The notes: generated by a model not told the origin, from the letters alone. 64,000 nt of DNA from Longimicrobiales bacterium (GCA_032250675.1 JAVVEY010000002.1:3650-67649); one strand, 5' to 3'. Positions 8,902-18,836 are shown, counted from the first letter of the stretch. Translations and numbers: made by a program.

Positions 8902-9456
8902 CTACATCCGCGGCAGCGTCACCCCCTTCTGCCCCTGGTACTTCCCCTTCCGGTCGGCGTAGGCGATCGAGGGAGGCTCGTCGCCCTCGAAGAAGAGGAG
9001 CTGGGCGATCCCCTCATCGGCGTAGATCTTGGCCGGGAGCGGTGTGGTGTTGCTGATCTCGAGCGTCAGGTAGCCCTCCCACGTCGGCTCGAGCGGGGTC
9101 ACATTCACGATGATCCCGCAGCGCGCGTAGGTGCTCTTGCCGACGCAGATGACGAGGACGTCCCGCGGAATCCGGAAGTACTCGACGGTGCGCGCGAGTG
9201 CGAAGGAGTTCGGAGGGATGACGCACTCCGGCGTGTCGATGTCGATGAAGGATCGATTGTCGAACGCCTTCGGGTCCACGATGAGGTTGTGGACGTTGGT
9301 GAAGACCTTGAACTCGGGCGCCACCCGGATGTCGTATCCGTAGGAGCTCAGCCCGTAGCTGATCTTGCCGCCCCGGACCTGCCCGTCCTCGAAGGGCTCG
9401 ATCATTCCGTGCTCTCGGGACATCTTCCGGATCCAGTTGTCGCTCTTGATGGGCAT
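8902..9456 (-). CDS. dcd: dCTP deaminase
   Basis: [22 protein letters not shown]...SYGYDIRV...[21 protein letters not shown]...[23 protein letters not shown]...[13 protein letters not shown] aligns end to end with the ~188-aa proteobacterial-type Dcd. Start moved from the ORF-track Met at 9624 to 9456. Confidence 0.93.
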   Translation of the reverse strand: MPIKSDNWIRKMSREHGMIEPFEDGQVRGGKISYGLSSYGYDIRVAPEFKVFTNVHNLIVDPKAFDNRSFIDIDTPECVIPPNSFALARTVEYFRIPRDVLVICVGKSTYARCGIIVNVTPLEPTWEGYLTLEISNTTPLPAKIYADEGIAQLLFFEGDEPPSIAYADRKGKYQGQKGVTLPRM

Positions 9457-9543
9457 CGCCAGGGGGAGTGGAGGAGGAGGGGAACGCACGCTTGCGGTGC
9501 GGGATTCATCGTGTGCCCGCCTCGCCGGGTCCACACCCCCGTG

Positions 9544-9564
9544 CCGCCGATCGCTGATCGGCGG
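9544..9564. promoter_or_regulatory. perfect palindrome ccgccgatc-gct-gatcggcgg in the dcd/nuo divergent intergenic region
   Basis: 9-bp arms with a 3-nt spacer. Lies 88-108 nt upstream of the dcd ATG and about 130 nt upstream of the putative nuo -35. Confidence 0.35.
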
Positions 9565-9692
9565 GCGTGTCGAGTGTGTCGGGCGTCTGCGCCGGGCGCG
9601 GGAAACTACCCACGAAGAGAGCACTCTGCAAACCGCTCCGGCGAACGAGCCGTGGTGGCGAAAAATCTCGAAAACTCAAGGGTTTCGCGGTC

Positions 9693-9721
9693 TTGAATTG
9701 GGGTGGGAGTCCGGGTAGCTT
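9693..9721 (+). promoter_or_regulatory. candidate sigma70-type promoter of the nuo operon (TTGAAT-N17-TAGCTT)
   Basis: -35 TTGAAT (9693-9698), 17-nt spacer, -10 TAGCTT (9716-9721), 55 nt upstream of the nuoA ATG. Same architecture as the motif upstream of sucC. Confidence 0.4.
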
Positions 9722-9776
9722 CCACGCGTTCCGAGTTCGTGATGCTTTTCACAAGGCCCGGATCGGGCCGGGTGGT

Positions 9777-10133
9777 ATGGCAGCTTCCTACGCTCCTCTT
9801 CTCGTACTCTTCGGCATCTCGGTGCTGAATGCGGTGGGTATGGCGGTTGCCACCCACATCCTGAATCCGGCTCGACCGACCCCGGAGAAGGAAATGCCGT
9901 ACGAGTCGGGGATGGTCCCGCTCGGTGACACGCGGCAGCGCTTCAGTGTGAAGTTCTACATGGTGGCGATCAGCTTCATCGTCTTCGATCTGGAGACGAT
10001 CTTTCTCGTCCCCTGGGCGGTGCGGATGCGCGAACTCGGTGGGCCCGGCTTCGTGGCGATGCTCCTCTTCGTGGTGGTCCTCACGCTGGGCCTGGTCTAC
10101 GAATGGAAGAAGGGAGGACTCGAATGGGAATGA
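9777..10133 (+). CDS. nuoA: NADH-quinone oxidoreductase subunit A
   Basis: Three predicted TM segments. [14 protein letters not shown] motif. First gene of the nuo array. Start moved to the ATG at 9777. Confidence 0.9.
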   Translation: MAASYAPLLVLFGISVLNAVGMAVATHILNPARPTPEKEMPYESGMVPLGDTRQRFSVKFYMVAISFIVFDLETIFLVPWAVRMRELGGPGFVAMLLFVVVLTLGLVYEWKKGGLEWE

Positions 10134-10870
10134 AGGAGACCGAGAGCACGACGCCGATCGATGCGCCGGGCGCCCCGCAGGCGGGCACACCCCTCCCCGG
10201 AGGAGGCACGAGCGCGCGCCCCGAGGGGAGTGGCGGGCTCTTCGGATCCGGAGGGCCGACCTTCCTGACGACCAGGCTCGACTGGGTGATCAACTGGAGC
10301 CGCCGCAACTCGCTCTGGCCGATGCCCTTCGGGACGGCCTGCTGCGCGATCGAGATGATGGCATCCGCCGCGTCGAACTACGACCTGGCCCGCTTCGGGA
10401 TGGAGCGGATGTCGTTCTCGCCCCGCCAGGCCGACGTGCTCATCTGCGCGGGACGCGTCCCGTACAAGCTCGCCCCCGTCTTGCGGCGCATCTACGACCA
10501 GATGATGCAGCCCAAGTGGGTCATCTCGATGGGCGCGTGCGCCAGCTCGGGGGGGATCTTCGACAACTACTCGATGGTGCAGGGGATCGACACGATCGTC
10601 CCCGTGGATGTCTACATCCCGGGGTGCCCTCCGCGGCCGGAAGGGCTGATCTACGGGTTGATGATGGTCCAGGAGAAGATCCGCGAGGAACGGCTCAGCG
10701 ACCACACCGTCAATCGTGCCGAGGATCCCCTCGCCGCGGGACATCCCAGGGCGAGCGCCCCCGAGATCGAGGGACTCACCGGTCCCTTCGGCAACTCCAC
10801 CCGGCAGAATCGCTTGAGCGGGCTGGTCAGGACCAGTCGGATCTCACGCCCCGACGACCGGCGCCCGTAG
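10124..10870 (+). CDS. nuoB: NADH-quinone oxidoreductase subunit B (with N- and C-terminal extensions)
   Basis: N2 cluster ligand motifs [33 protein letters not shown] before the ATG at 10124 (alternative ATGs at 10103 and 10130). Overlaps the nuoA stop. Confidence 0.9.
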   Translation: MGMKETESTTPIDAPGAPQAGTPLPGGGTSARPEGSGGLFGSGGPTFLTTRLDWVINWSRRNSLWPMPFGTACCAIEMMASAASNYDLARFGMERMSFSPRQADVLICAGRVPYKLAPVLRRIYDQMMQPKWVISMGACASSGGIFDNYSMVQGIDTIVPVDVYIPGCPPRPEGLIYGLMMVQEKIREERLSDHTVNRAEDPLAAGHPRASAPEIEGLTGPFGNSTRQNRLSGLVRTSRISRPDDRRP

Positions 10871-10871
10871 G

Positions 10872-11591
10872 GTGAGCATGACCGACGACACACCCTTCGA
10901 CGCGGTCGCGGCGGGCCCGCGCCCGAGCGACGCGCACGATCCGGAGTTGGGCGGGCACCCGGCCGAGGTACCCGATCATCCCTCGGTCACCGCGCTGCGC
11001 GCGACCTTCGGGGATGCGATCCGGGCGCATCAGCTCCACGCGGGCGACGAGAATGTCGTCTTCGTGGATCCCGCGGCGCTCTACGCGGTGCTCGAGTTTC
11101 TCCAGCAGGATCCGGACCAGCGCTACGACTATCTCCTCGATCTGACGGCGGTCGACTACGGCGCGGGCACACCGATCCAGGTCGTCTACCAGCTCTGGTC
11201 TCTCGGTTTCCACCGCATGCTCCGGGTCAAGGTCGAGCTCCCCCTCGACGCCCTCGAAGTCGACTCGGTCGAACCCCTCTGGAAGACGGCCGACTGGCTC
11301 GAGCGCGAGGTCTGGGATCTCTTCGGCGTCACCTTCCGTGGGCACCCCGATCTGCGCCGCATCCTGATGCCGGCGAACTACGCCGAGGGGCACCCGCTCC
11401 GGAAGGATTTCCCCCTCCGCGGTCGCTTCAGCAGGGCCGAACAGACCCGTCGCGCGCTCGCCCTCGAGGTGGATGACAACTACACCGTACTCGAGCGGGA
11501 GCTCGGCGCGGAGCCGCAGATCGTGCCCGCCGCGCCCGCCGGGGAGCCCGACGACGGTCGCGGCTCGGACGACACCATGAAGGGAGAGTGA
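10872..11591 (+). CDS. nuoC: NADH-quinone oxidoreductase subunit C
   Basis: The 30-kDa subunit motif WLEREVWDLFGVTFRGHPDLRRIL. GTG at 10872 or ATG at 10878. Confidence 0.9.
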   Translation: MSMTDDTPFDAVAAGPRPSDAHDPELGGHPAEVPDHPSVTALRATFGDAIRAHQLHAGDENVVFVDPAALYAVLEFLQQDPDQRYDYLLDLTAVDYGAGTPIQVVYQLWSLGFHRMLRVKVELPLDALEVDSVEPLWKTADWLEREVWDLFGVTFRGHPDLRRILMPANYAEGHPLRKDFPLRGRFSRAEQTRRALALEVDDNYTVLERELGAEPQIVPAAPAGEPDDGRGSDDTMKGE

Positions 11592-11594
11592 GGG

Positions 11595-12872
11595 ATGTCG
11601 ACCCGCACCGTCGAATACGAGGTAGGCCGGAGCCCCGAGATGGGAGTGGACGGGAAGCCCGCCTACGGCCCGCTCGCTCCGGTGGAGATTCCCGAGCCGG
11701 AGCTCGGTTCCGAGCACATGCTCATCAATATCGGCCCCCAGCACCCCGCCACGCACGGCGTCTTGAGGCTGGTGTGCGAACTCGACGGCGAGACCGTTCT
11801 CAAGGTCATCCCGCATATCGGGTATCTGCACTCGGGGTTCGAGAAGCAGGGGGAGTACCGCACCTGGAACCAGATCGTGACGCTGACCGATCGGATGGAC
11901 TATCTGGCGCCCCTCATCTACAACTGCGCCTACGTCATGGCCGTCGAGAAGCTGATGGGGATCGAGGTTACGGAGCGGTGCAAGGTGGTGCGGGTCATCC
12001 TCATGGAGCTCGACCGCATCTTCGGCCACCTCCTCTGGCTCGGCACCACCGCGATCGACGTCGGGGCCTTCACCCCCTTCCTCTACGCCTTCCAGGAGCG
12101 CGAGAAGATCTATGCGCTCCACGAGTCACTGACCGGCGCGCGCATCACCACCTCCGCGACGCGGGTGGGGGGGATGATGGCCGATCTTCCCGAGGGGTGG
12201 ACGGAGGCGTGCCGCAGCTTCATCAACGAGCTCCCGCGCACGATCGACGAGGTCGACTACCTCCTCACCACGAATGCGATCCATCTGGGACGGACGCAGG
12301 AGATCGGGGTGATCTCGGCCGAGGACGCGATCAACCACGGATTCACCGGACCGAATCTGCGTGCCTCCGGGGTGCCCTACGACGTGCGCAAGGACCGGCC
12401 CTACTACGACTACGAGACGTACGACTTCGACGTCCCCATCGGCGAGCACGGGGACTGCTACGACCGGTACCTCTGCCGGATGGAGGAGATGCGGCAGAGC
12501 ATCCGGATCATCGATCAGGCGCTCGATCGCCTCCCCGGTGGATCGATCGACATCGACGACCCGAATGTCGTGCTCCCGTCGAAGACCGACTGCATGAATG
12601 ACATGGAGTCGATGATCCATCACTTCAAGTTGATCACCGAAGGGATTCAGGCTCCCGTGGGCGAGAGCTGGTTCAGCGTCGAAGGCTCGAAGGGCGAGCT
12701 CGGGATGTATGTCGTCAGCGACGGAGGGAGCAAGCCGGTGCGGTGGCGCGTGCGCCCGCCCTCCTTCGTGAATCTCTCGGTGATCCCGAAGCTGGCGGAG
12801 GGCCATCTGGTCTCCGATCTGATCATGATCAACGCCTCACTCGACATCGTGCTCGGGGAGATCGACCGATGA
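11595..12872 (+). CDS. nuoD: NADH-quinone oxidoreductase subunit D
   Basis: NIGPQHPATHGVLRL, HIGYLHSGFEK, C-terminal DIVLGEIDR. Confidence 0.95.
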   Translation: MSTRTVEYEVGRSPEMGVDGKPAYGPLAPVEIPEPELGSEHMLINIGPQHPATHGVLRLVCELDGETVLKVIPHIGYLHSGFEKQGEYRTWNQIVTLTDRMDYLAPLIYNCAYVMAVEKLMGIEVTERCKVVRVILMELDRIFGHLLWLGTTAIDVGAFTPFLYAFQEREKIYALHESLTGARITTSATRVGGMMADLPEGWTEACRSFINELPRTIDEVDYLLTTNAIHLGRTQEIGVISAEDAINHGFTGPNLRASGVPYDVRKDRPYYDYETYDFDVPIGEHGDCYDRYLCRMEEMRQSIRIIDQALDRLPGGSIDIDDPNVVLPSKTDCMNDMESMIHHFKLITEGIQAPVGESWFSVEGSKGELGMYVVSDGGSKPVRWRVRPPSFVNLSVIPKLAEGHLVSDLIMINASLDIVLGEIDR

Positions 12873-13522
12873 GCGACGCACCGACGAAGAACCCCGGGTG
12901 GGCGGGGAACACCGGAGAGTTCGACCTCACCGAGGCGCAGGTGCGCGGCGACGACTTCGTCGGCACCCGTCCCCTCGAGGGTGCGCACCCCGCCGGTGCG
13001 CCCTCCTACGCCTTCATGCGCGCGGAGCGCGACCCCGAGGCGCCCCTCTTCGAGGGCCCGTACCAGACACGCTTCGAGAAGCTGCTCACCCGCTATCCCG
13101 AGAAGCGCGCCGCGCTCCTCCCCGTACTCGCGCTCGCCCAGGAGGTGCGCGGACACCTCTCGCCCGAGTCGATGGCGCGCGTGGCCGAGCTCCTCGAGCT
13201 CCCCGATGCGTATGTGCGGGGGGTGGCGACCTTCTACACGATGTACAACAAGCGCGAGGTCGGGCGCTTCCTCGTCCAGGTCTGCACGAATATCTCGTGC
13301 AACCTCTGCGGGGCCGACGACGTCCTCGCCGCCTTCCTTCGCGCCACCGATACCGAGCCGGGAGAGACCTCGGCCGATGGCGACTTCACCGTCGTCGAAG
13401 CCGAGTGCCTCGCGGCGTGCGGATTTCCGACGTGCGTCCAGATCAATTCGCGCTACTACGAGAATGTCTCGCCGGAGGATGTCCCGGCGATCCTCGAGCG
13501 CATCAGGGAGCGGGGGGAATAG
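12869..13522 (+). CDS. nuoE: NADH-quinone oxidoreductase subunit E
   Basis: 2Fe-2S motifs CTNISCNLCG and ECLAACGFPTCVQIN. ATGA overlap with nuoD. Confidence 0.92.
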   Translation: MSDAPTKNPGWAGNTGEFDLTEAQVRGDDFVGTRPLEGAHPAGAPSYAFMRAERDPEAPLFEGPYQTRFEKLLTRYPEKRAALLPVLALAQEVRGHLSPESMARVAELLELPDAYVRGVATFYTMYNKREVGRFLVQVCTNISCNLCGADDVLAAFLRATDTEPGETSADGDFTVVEAECLAACGFPTCVQINSRYYENVSPEDVPAILERIRERGE

Positions 13523-14815
13523 ATGGCGTACCCGTACACCTCGGAGCATGAAGTCCGGGTGCTCAGCGAGCACTTCGGAGACCCGACGGCGCGCACCCTC
13601 GAGGGCGCGCGGGCGAAGGGTCGATACGAGACGCTCCGCAAGGCCTTCGAGATGGATCGCGACGACGTCATCGAGGTCGTCAAGGCGTCGGGGCTGCGCG
13701 GGCGGGGCGGGGCGGGCTTCCCGACCGGCGTGAAGTGGAGCTTCATGCCGAAGGATGATGGGAAGCCGCACTATCTCCTCTGCAACGCCGACGAGTCGGA
13801 GCCCGGCACCTTCAAGGACCGCGAACTCATCCGCTGGGATCCGCACCAGCTCATCGAGGGGTGCCTGATCGCGGCGTACGCCATCCGAGCGCAGCACGTC
13901 TACATCTACTGCCGGGGCGAGTTTTTCGAAGCGTCGGCCATCCTCGGGCGCGCGGTCGAGGAGGCGTACGAGGCCGGGCTGATCGGGCGCGACATCCTCG
14001 GCTCGGGGGTCGAGATCGACCTCACCGTACATATCGGGGCGGGGGCGTACATCTGCGGCGAAGAGACGGGGCTCATGAACTCGCTCGAAGGCCGCCGGGG
14101 ACAGCCCCGGGTCAAGCCCCCCTTCCCGGCGGCGGTCGGCGCCTTCGGGAAGCCGACGACGATCAACAATGTCGAGACGCTCGCGGCGGTCCCGCACATC
14201 GTCGAGCACGGGGCGGAGTGGTACCGTCAGTGGGGCACCGAGAAGTCGCCCGGCACCAAGCTCTTCTGTGTGTCGGGCCACGTGAAGCGGCCGGGCAACT
14301 ACGAGCTGCCGCTCGGCTTCCCGCTGCAGACGCTCATCGACGAGGTCTGCGGGGGCATCCGCGACGGCAACGCCCTCAAGGCGGTGATCCCCGGGGGCAG
14401 CTCGGTGCCGATCATGAACGCGGAGGAAGTCGCCGCCTGCTCGCTCGACTACGAGGGGGTCGTGGCGTGCGGCTCGATGCTCGGATGCGCCTCGGTGATC
14501 GTCATGGACGAGACCACGGACATCGTCAAGCAGGTGCGGCGGGTGGCGTACTTCTACGCGCACGAGTCGTGCGGTCAGTGCACGCCGTGCCGCGAAGGAA
14601 CGACGTGGGTGACGAAGATCCTCCAGCGGATCGAGGACGGGCGGGGCACCGAGGAGGATCTCGATACCCTCGTCGAGGTCACCGACCAGATGACGGGGAC
14701 GACGATCTGCGTCCTCTCGGATTCCGTCGCCGCCCCCGTCCAGAGCAGCATCACGAAGTTCCGAGATGAGTACCTCGCCCTGATCCGACGCGGCGAACGC
14801 GTCGGCGCGGCCTGA
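13523..14815 (+). CDS. nuoF: NADH-quinone oxidoreductase subunit F
   Basis: GLRGRGGAGFPTG (FMN site), NADESEPGTFKDR, ESCGQCTPCREG (N3 cluster). Confidence 0.95.
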   Translation: MAYPYTSEHEVRVLSEHFGDPTARTLEGARAKGRYETLRKAFEMDRDDVIEVVKASGLRGRGGAGFPTGVKWSFMPKDDGKPHYLLCNADESEPGTFKDRELIRWDPHQLIEGCLIAAYAIRAQHVYIYCRGEFFEASAILGRAVEEAYEAGLIGRDILGSGVEIDLTVHIGAGAYICGEETGLMNSLEGRRGQPRVKPPFPAAVGAFGKPTTINNVETLAAVPHIVEHGAEWYRQWGTEKSPGTKLFCVSGHVKRPGNYELPLGFPLQTLIDEVCGGIRDGNALKAVIPGGSSVPIMNAEEVAACSLDYEGVVACGSMLGCASVIVMDETTDIVKQVRRVAYFYAHESCGQCTPCREGTTWVTKILQRIEDGRGTEEDLDTLVEVTDQMTGTTICVLSDSVAAPVQSSITKFRDEYLALIRRGERVGAA

Positions 14816-14831
14816 CGAGAGACGATATCGA

Positions 14832-16457
14832 ATGTCCGAGACGACCCCGAACGACGCGGTGACGGAGACCGTCACGCTGACGATCGACGGCCGGGAGGTC
14901 ACCGTCCCGAAGGGCACCACGGTGCTCAAGGCCGCCGAGTCGATGGGCACCGAGGTGCCGCACTACTGTTTCCATGAGGGACTCTCTCCGCCGGCGATGT
15001 GCCGTCTCTGCCTCGTGGAGGTCGAGGGCGCGCCGAAGCTCCTGCCGTCGTGCGTCACGCAGGCGCAGGACGGCCAGGTGGTGCACACGCAGGGCGAGAA
15101 GGCGCTCCAGATGCGGCGAGGGGTGCTCGAGTTCTACCTCGTCAATCACCCCCTCGACTGTCCGATCTGCGATCAGTCGGGGGAGTGCTATCTGCAGGAC
15201 TACGTCCATATGGAGGGACGGGACCACGGTCGGTCCCGCGAGCCGAAGCGCGTCTTCGGGCGGGACGACTTCGGGGGCGACGTCCTCTTCTACGGCGACC
15301 GCTGCGTGATGTGCACGCGCTGCGTGCGCTTCATGAACGAGGTCGAGCAGGATCCACGCCTGACGGTCGTGGAGCGGGGGAGTCGCTCGGTGATCGACAC
15401 CTTCTTCGAGGAGGGGCTCGAGGGCACGAAGTGGTCGGGCAATATCGTCGATATCTGCCCGGTCGGCGCGCTCGTCTCGAAGGATTTCCTCTACAAGCAG
15501 CGCGCCTGGGACCTCGACCACACCCCCTCGATCTGCCCCTCGTGCAGCCAGGGGTGCACGATCGAGCTGCACACGCGCGACAACCTCGTGCAACGCCTCC
15601 GACCGCGGAAGAATCTCGCCGTGAATGGGCACTGGATGTGCGACTACGGGCGTGAACGCTACGAGGTCATCAACCGCTCGGACCGTGTGACCGCCCCCCT
15701 CGTGGGGCGCGCGGGTGAGCGGACCGCGATGGGGTGGCCCGAGGCGCTCACCCGACTCGTCGAGCGCCTCGACGGGGTGGAGCGGGGCCGCGTGAAGGCG
15801 GTCGTCTCGCCTCACGCCTCGAATGAGGATATCGGCGCGCTCGCCACCCTTGTCGACGCGCTCGGGGGTGGTGAGATCGTCTACCGGATCGAGCGCGCCG
15901 AAGAGGAGGATGTCCTCCAGGGGATGCCTTCGCTGGCGCGGCGACGGGACCTCGCGCCGAATCGGCGTGGCGCCGAGCTCCTCGGCGCGAGCCGGGTCGG
16001 AAACGACGACGGCACCGGCGGCCTCGAGGGTGTGGCCGACCACGACGGGGTCGTGATCGTGCTCGGTGACGAGCTCGCCGACCAGGAGGAGGGGTTCGGC
16101 GAGGCCGCCCGACTCCACCTCCACCTGGGGATCCATCCGACCCCGGCCGCGACGCACGCCGATCTCGTCCTCCCGGTGACGACCTTCGCCGAGCAGGAGG
16201 GGACCTTCACCAATCTCGAGGGTCGTGTGCAGCGCTTCCGGCAGGCCCTCCACCCCCCGGGAGCCGCGCGTCCCCCCTGGCTGGTGATCGGAGCGCTCGT
16301 GGCCGAGATCACGGGGCGCGATACCCTCCCGACGACGGGGGCCGAAGCCTTCCGGGCTCTCGCTTCGCGGGTCGACGCCTTCGCCGGGCTCGACTACGAC
16401 GCCCTCGGAACGCGCGGTGCCGTGGTGAATGAACCCGTGCGGCCGGCGGGAGGGTGA
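14832..16457 (+). CDS. nuoG: NADH-quinone oxidoreductase subunit G (short form, 541 aa)
   Basis: N-terminal 2Fe-2S (CRLCLVEV region), HPLDCPICDQSGECYLQD, CVMCTRCVRF...CPVGAL, and CPSCSQGC (N7-type) motifs. The molybdopterin-like domain is much shorter than in the E. coli or Thermus homologues. Confidence 0.9.
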   Translation: MSETTPNDAVTETVTLTIDGREVTVPKGTTVLKAAESMGTEVPHYCFHEGLSPPAMCRLCLVEVEGAPKLLPSCVTQAQDGQVVHTQGEKALQMRRGVLEFYLVNHPLDCPICDQSGECYLQDYVHMEGRDHGRSREPKRVFGRDDFGGDVLFYGDRCVMCTRCVRFMNEVEQDPRLTVVERGSRSVIDTFFEEGLEGTKWSGNIVDICPVGALVSKDFLYKQRAWDLDHTPSICPSCSQGCTIELHTRDNLVQRLRPRKNLAVNGHWMCDYGRERYEVINRSDRVTAPLVGRAGERTAMGWPEALTRLVERLDGVERGRVKAVVSPHASNEDIGALATLVDALGGGEIVYRIERAEEEDVLQGMPSLARRRDLAPNRRGAELLGASRVGNDDGTGGLEGVADHDGVVIVLGDELADQEEGFGEAARLHLHLGIHPTPAATHADLVLPVTTFAEQEGTFTNLEGRVQRFRQALHPPGAARPPWLVIGALVAEITGRDTLPTTGAEAFRALASRVDAFAGLDYDALGTRGAVVNEPVRPAGG

Positions 16458-17752
16458 CGATGGAGCCGATCAGTGGACTCGCCGGACTCGTCGCGATGCA
16501 GCTCAAGATCGTCGGCGTCTTCTCCGCCGTCATGGTCGTGGTGGCCTACACCACCCTCGCCGAGCGCAGGATCTCGGCGTGGATCCAGGACCGCAGTGGC
16601 CCCAACCGTGTCGGGCCCTTCGGGCTCCTGCAGCCGATCGCCGACGGGATCAAGAACATCCTGAAGGAAGAGACGATGCCCGCCACCGCGAACCGCTTCT
16701 GGTTCGTGGTCGGTCCGATGCTCTCGATCATCCCCGCCCTCGTCACGATCGCGGTGATCCCCTTCGCCGCTCCACTCCCCACCCAGTGGGGCGTGGTCGA
16801 GATGATCATCGCCGATGTCCCGATCGGGCTCCTCTTCATCCTCGCCGTGGGGTCGCTCGGGGTCTACGGGATCGTGATCAGCGGGTGGGCGTCGAACAAC
16901 AAGTACGCATTCCTCGGTGGGCTTCGCGCCTCGGCACAGATGGTGAGCTACGAGGTCGCGATGGGTCTCTCGCTCATCGCCGTCATCATGCTCGCGGGCA
17001 ATGTCACCCTGACCGAGATCGTCTGGCAGCAGCAGCAGCTCGGCTTCTGGTTCGCGATCCCGCTCTCGCTCGCCTTCATCCTCTTCGTGATCTCGGCCTT
17101 CGCCGAGACGAACCGGCTCCCCTTCGACATGCCGGAGGCGGAGTCGGAGCTCGTGACCGGCTACCACACCGAGTACTCCGCGATGAAGTTCTCGATGTTC
17201 TTCATCGCCGAGTACGCGCACATGCTCACCGCCTCGGCGCTGATGGCGACCCTCTTCTTCGGCGGATGGGACCTCCCGGGGACGTGGGACAACGCCTTCC
17301 TGCACGAGGGGCAGTACATCCGGGGCTTCGACGAGGCGGGAGCACCGATTGCCGCCTCCCTCGCGGTCTGGAAGACGCTCCTCACCGCGGGTGCGTTCGC
17401 GATCAAGACGGGCGCCTTCCTCTTCCTCTACATCTGGGTCCGGTGGACGCTTCCCCGCTTCCGCTACGACCAGGTCATGAGCCTCGGCTGGAAAGTCCTC
17501 CTTCCGGTCTCGCTCGCCTATGTGATGATCGTCTCCGCCACGATCCTCGTGCTCGACCACCTCGAGGTGGCGTACGGCTTCACCTTCGGCCTCGTGCTCA
17601 CCGCGGTGAGCGGGGCCTGCACCGTGGCCTTTCTCTTCTTCCTGGACCGCGATCGCGTGATTGCGGGTGCCGCCGTCCCGCACCGCCTCGACCGGCCCGT
17701 ACGGATGCCCGACACCCGCCTTCCCGAACGATCATCGGTCGAGGGCGACTAA
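16454..17752 (+). CDS. nuoH: NADH-quinone oxidoreductase subunit H
   Basis: ND1-family polytopic protein. AETNRLPFDMPEAESELVTGYHTEYS motif. GTGA overlap with nuoG (alternative ATG at 16460). Confidence 0.93.
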   Translation: MTMEPISGLAGLVAMQLKIVGVFSAVMVVVAYTTLAERRISAWIQDRSGPNRVGPFGLLQPIADGIKNILKEETMPATANRFWFVVGPMLSIIPALVTIAVIPFAAPLPTQWGVVEMIIADVPIGLLFILAVGSLGVYGIVISGWASNNKYAFLGGLRASAQMVSYEVAMGLSLIAVIMLAGNVTLTEIVWQQQQLGFWFAIPLSLAFILFVISAFAETNRLPFDMPEAESELVTGYHTEYSAMKFSMFFIAEYAHMLTASALMATLFFGGWDLPGTWDNAFLHEGQYIRGFDEAGAPIAASLAVWKTLLTAGAFAIKTGAFLFLYIWVRWTLPRFRYDQVMSLGWKVLLPVSLAYVMIVSATILVLDHLEVAYGFTFGLVLTAVSGACTVAFLFFLDRDRVIAGAAVPHRLDRPVRMPDTRLPERSSVEGD

Positions 17753-17782
17753 CTTCTTTCCCCGACCCCACGGACGGACGTC

Positions 17783-18283
17783 ATGGGAGTTCAGGTCAAA
17801 GTCATGCAGCGGCCGGAACCGGGCCGAACGTCGTATCTGCGCGCCGCCCTCAAGGGGATGGCGCTCACCTTCCGGCACATGGTGAACCCGAAGAAGGTCA
17901 CCCAGCAGTACCCCGAGGAGCAGACCGACCTCAGCCCGCGCTGGCGCGGGACGCATGTGATGGAGACGCACGCCGACGGCCGTCCGAAGTGCGTGGCGTG
18001 CGGGCTCTGTCCGACGGTCTGCCCGGCCAACTGCATCCGGCTCGTGGGGGGCGAGGACGACAACGGCAACCGCTACCCGATCGTCTACGAGATCGACGAA
18101 TTCCGCTGCATCTTCTGCGGGATGTGCCAGGAGGTCTGCCCGGTGGAGGCGATCCATGTGGGACAGCACTTCGAGAATGCGGAGTACTCGCGTGACCGCT
18201 TCGTCTATGACCTCGACCGGCTGATGGAGCAGGATCACCCCTCCACGCTGCTCTGGGATCCCTCCGATCCCCGCTCGGAGTGA
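17783..18283 (+). CDS. nuoI: NADH-quinone oxidoreductase subunit I
   Basis: Two 4Fe-4S ferredoxin motifs: CVACGLCPTVCP and CIFCGMCQEVCP. Confidence 0.94.
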   Translation: MGVQVKVMQRPEPGRTSYLRAALKGMALTFRHMVNPKKVTQQYPEEQTDLSPRWRGTHVMETHADGRPKCVACGLCPTVCPANCIRLVGGEDDNGNRYPIVYEIDEFRCIFCGMCQEVCPVEAIHVGQHFENAEYSRDRFVYDLDRLMEQDHPSTLLWDPSDPRSE

Positions 18284-18287
18284 TGCC

Positions 18288-18836
18288 GTGGACGTCCAGC
18301 TTCTGAATATCGCCTTCTACGCCCTCGCGATCGTCGCGATGGGCAGCGCGCTCGGCGTCGTCTTCGGCCGCAGCCCGATCGCGTCGCTCCTCTCGATGGT
18401 GACCTCGCTCGCGAGTGTGGCGGGGATCTACGTCCTCCTCGAAGCGCACTTTCTCGCCGCGATCCAGGTGATGGTCTACGCCGGCGCGATCATGGTGCTC
18501 TTCCTCTTCGTGATCATGCTCCTCAACCTCGGGCACGACTATCGGAGCGATCTGCGCGGCTGGTTCCACGGGCTCCTCGCGCTCGTCGTGTCGGGGGGGA
18601 TCGGCGGCGTGCTGGTGGAACGATTCCTCGCGGTCCGGGAGGTCGGACTGCAGATCGCCGGTCCCGGCGCCGCCGAGCTCGACCGGGCGATCGCCGAGAA
18701 GGGTGTGATCGGGGTGATCGCCGATCCGCTCTACACGACGTGGGTCGTCCCCTTCGAGATCACCGGGATCCTCCTCCTCGTCGCGATCATCGGAGCCCTG
18801 GTGCTCGCCAAGCGCACCGTGGAGGCGCCCCGATGA
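18288..18836 (+). CDS. nuoJ: NADH-quinone oxidoreductase subunit J
   Basis: ND6-like hydrophobic protein in the canonical operon position. GTG start. Confidence 0.88.
   Translation: MDVQLLNIAFYALAIVAMGSALGVVFGRSPIASLLSMVTSLASVAGIYVLLEAHFLAAIQVMVYAGAIMVLFLFVIMLLNLGHDYRSDLRGWFHGLLALVVSGGIGGVLVERFLAVREVGLQIAGPGAAELDRAIAEKGVIGVIADPLYTTWVVPFEITGILLLVAIIGALVLAKRTVEAPR

Noticed and set aside
9461-9484. G-rich tract agggggagtggaggaggaggggaa as a G-quadruplex
   Set aside because: Only two runs have three or more Gs and the rest are GG doublets, so a stable G4 is doubtful. I reported it instead as the complement of the pyrimidine-rich dcd leader.
12647-14950. 767-aa minus-strand ORF
   Set aside because: Antisense to nuoD/nuoE/nuoF, which carry unambiguous cofactor-binding motifs. 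A shadow ORF.
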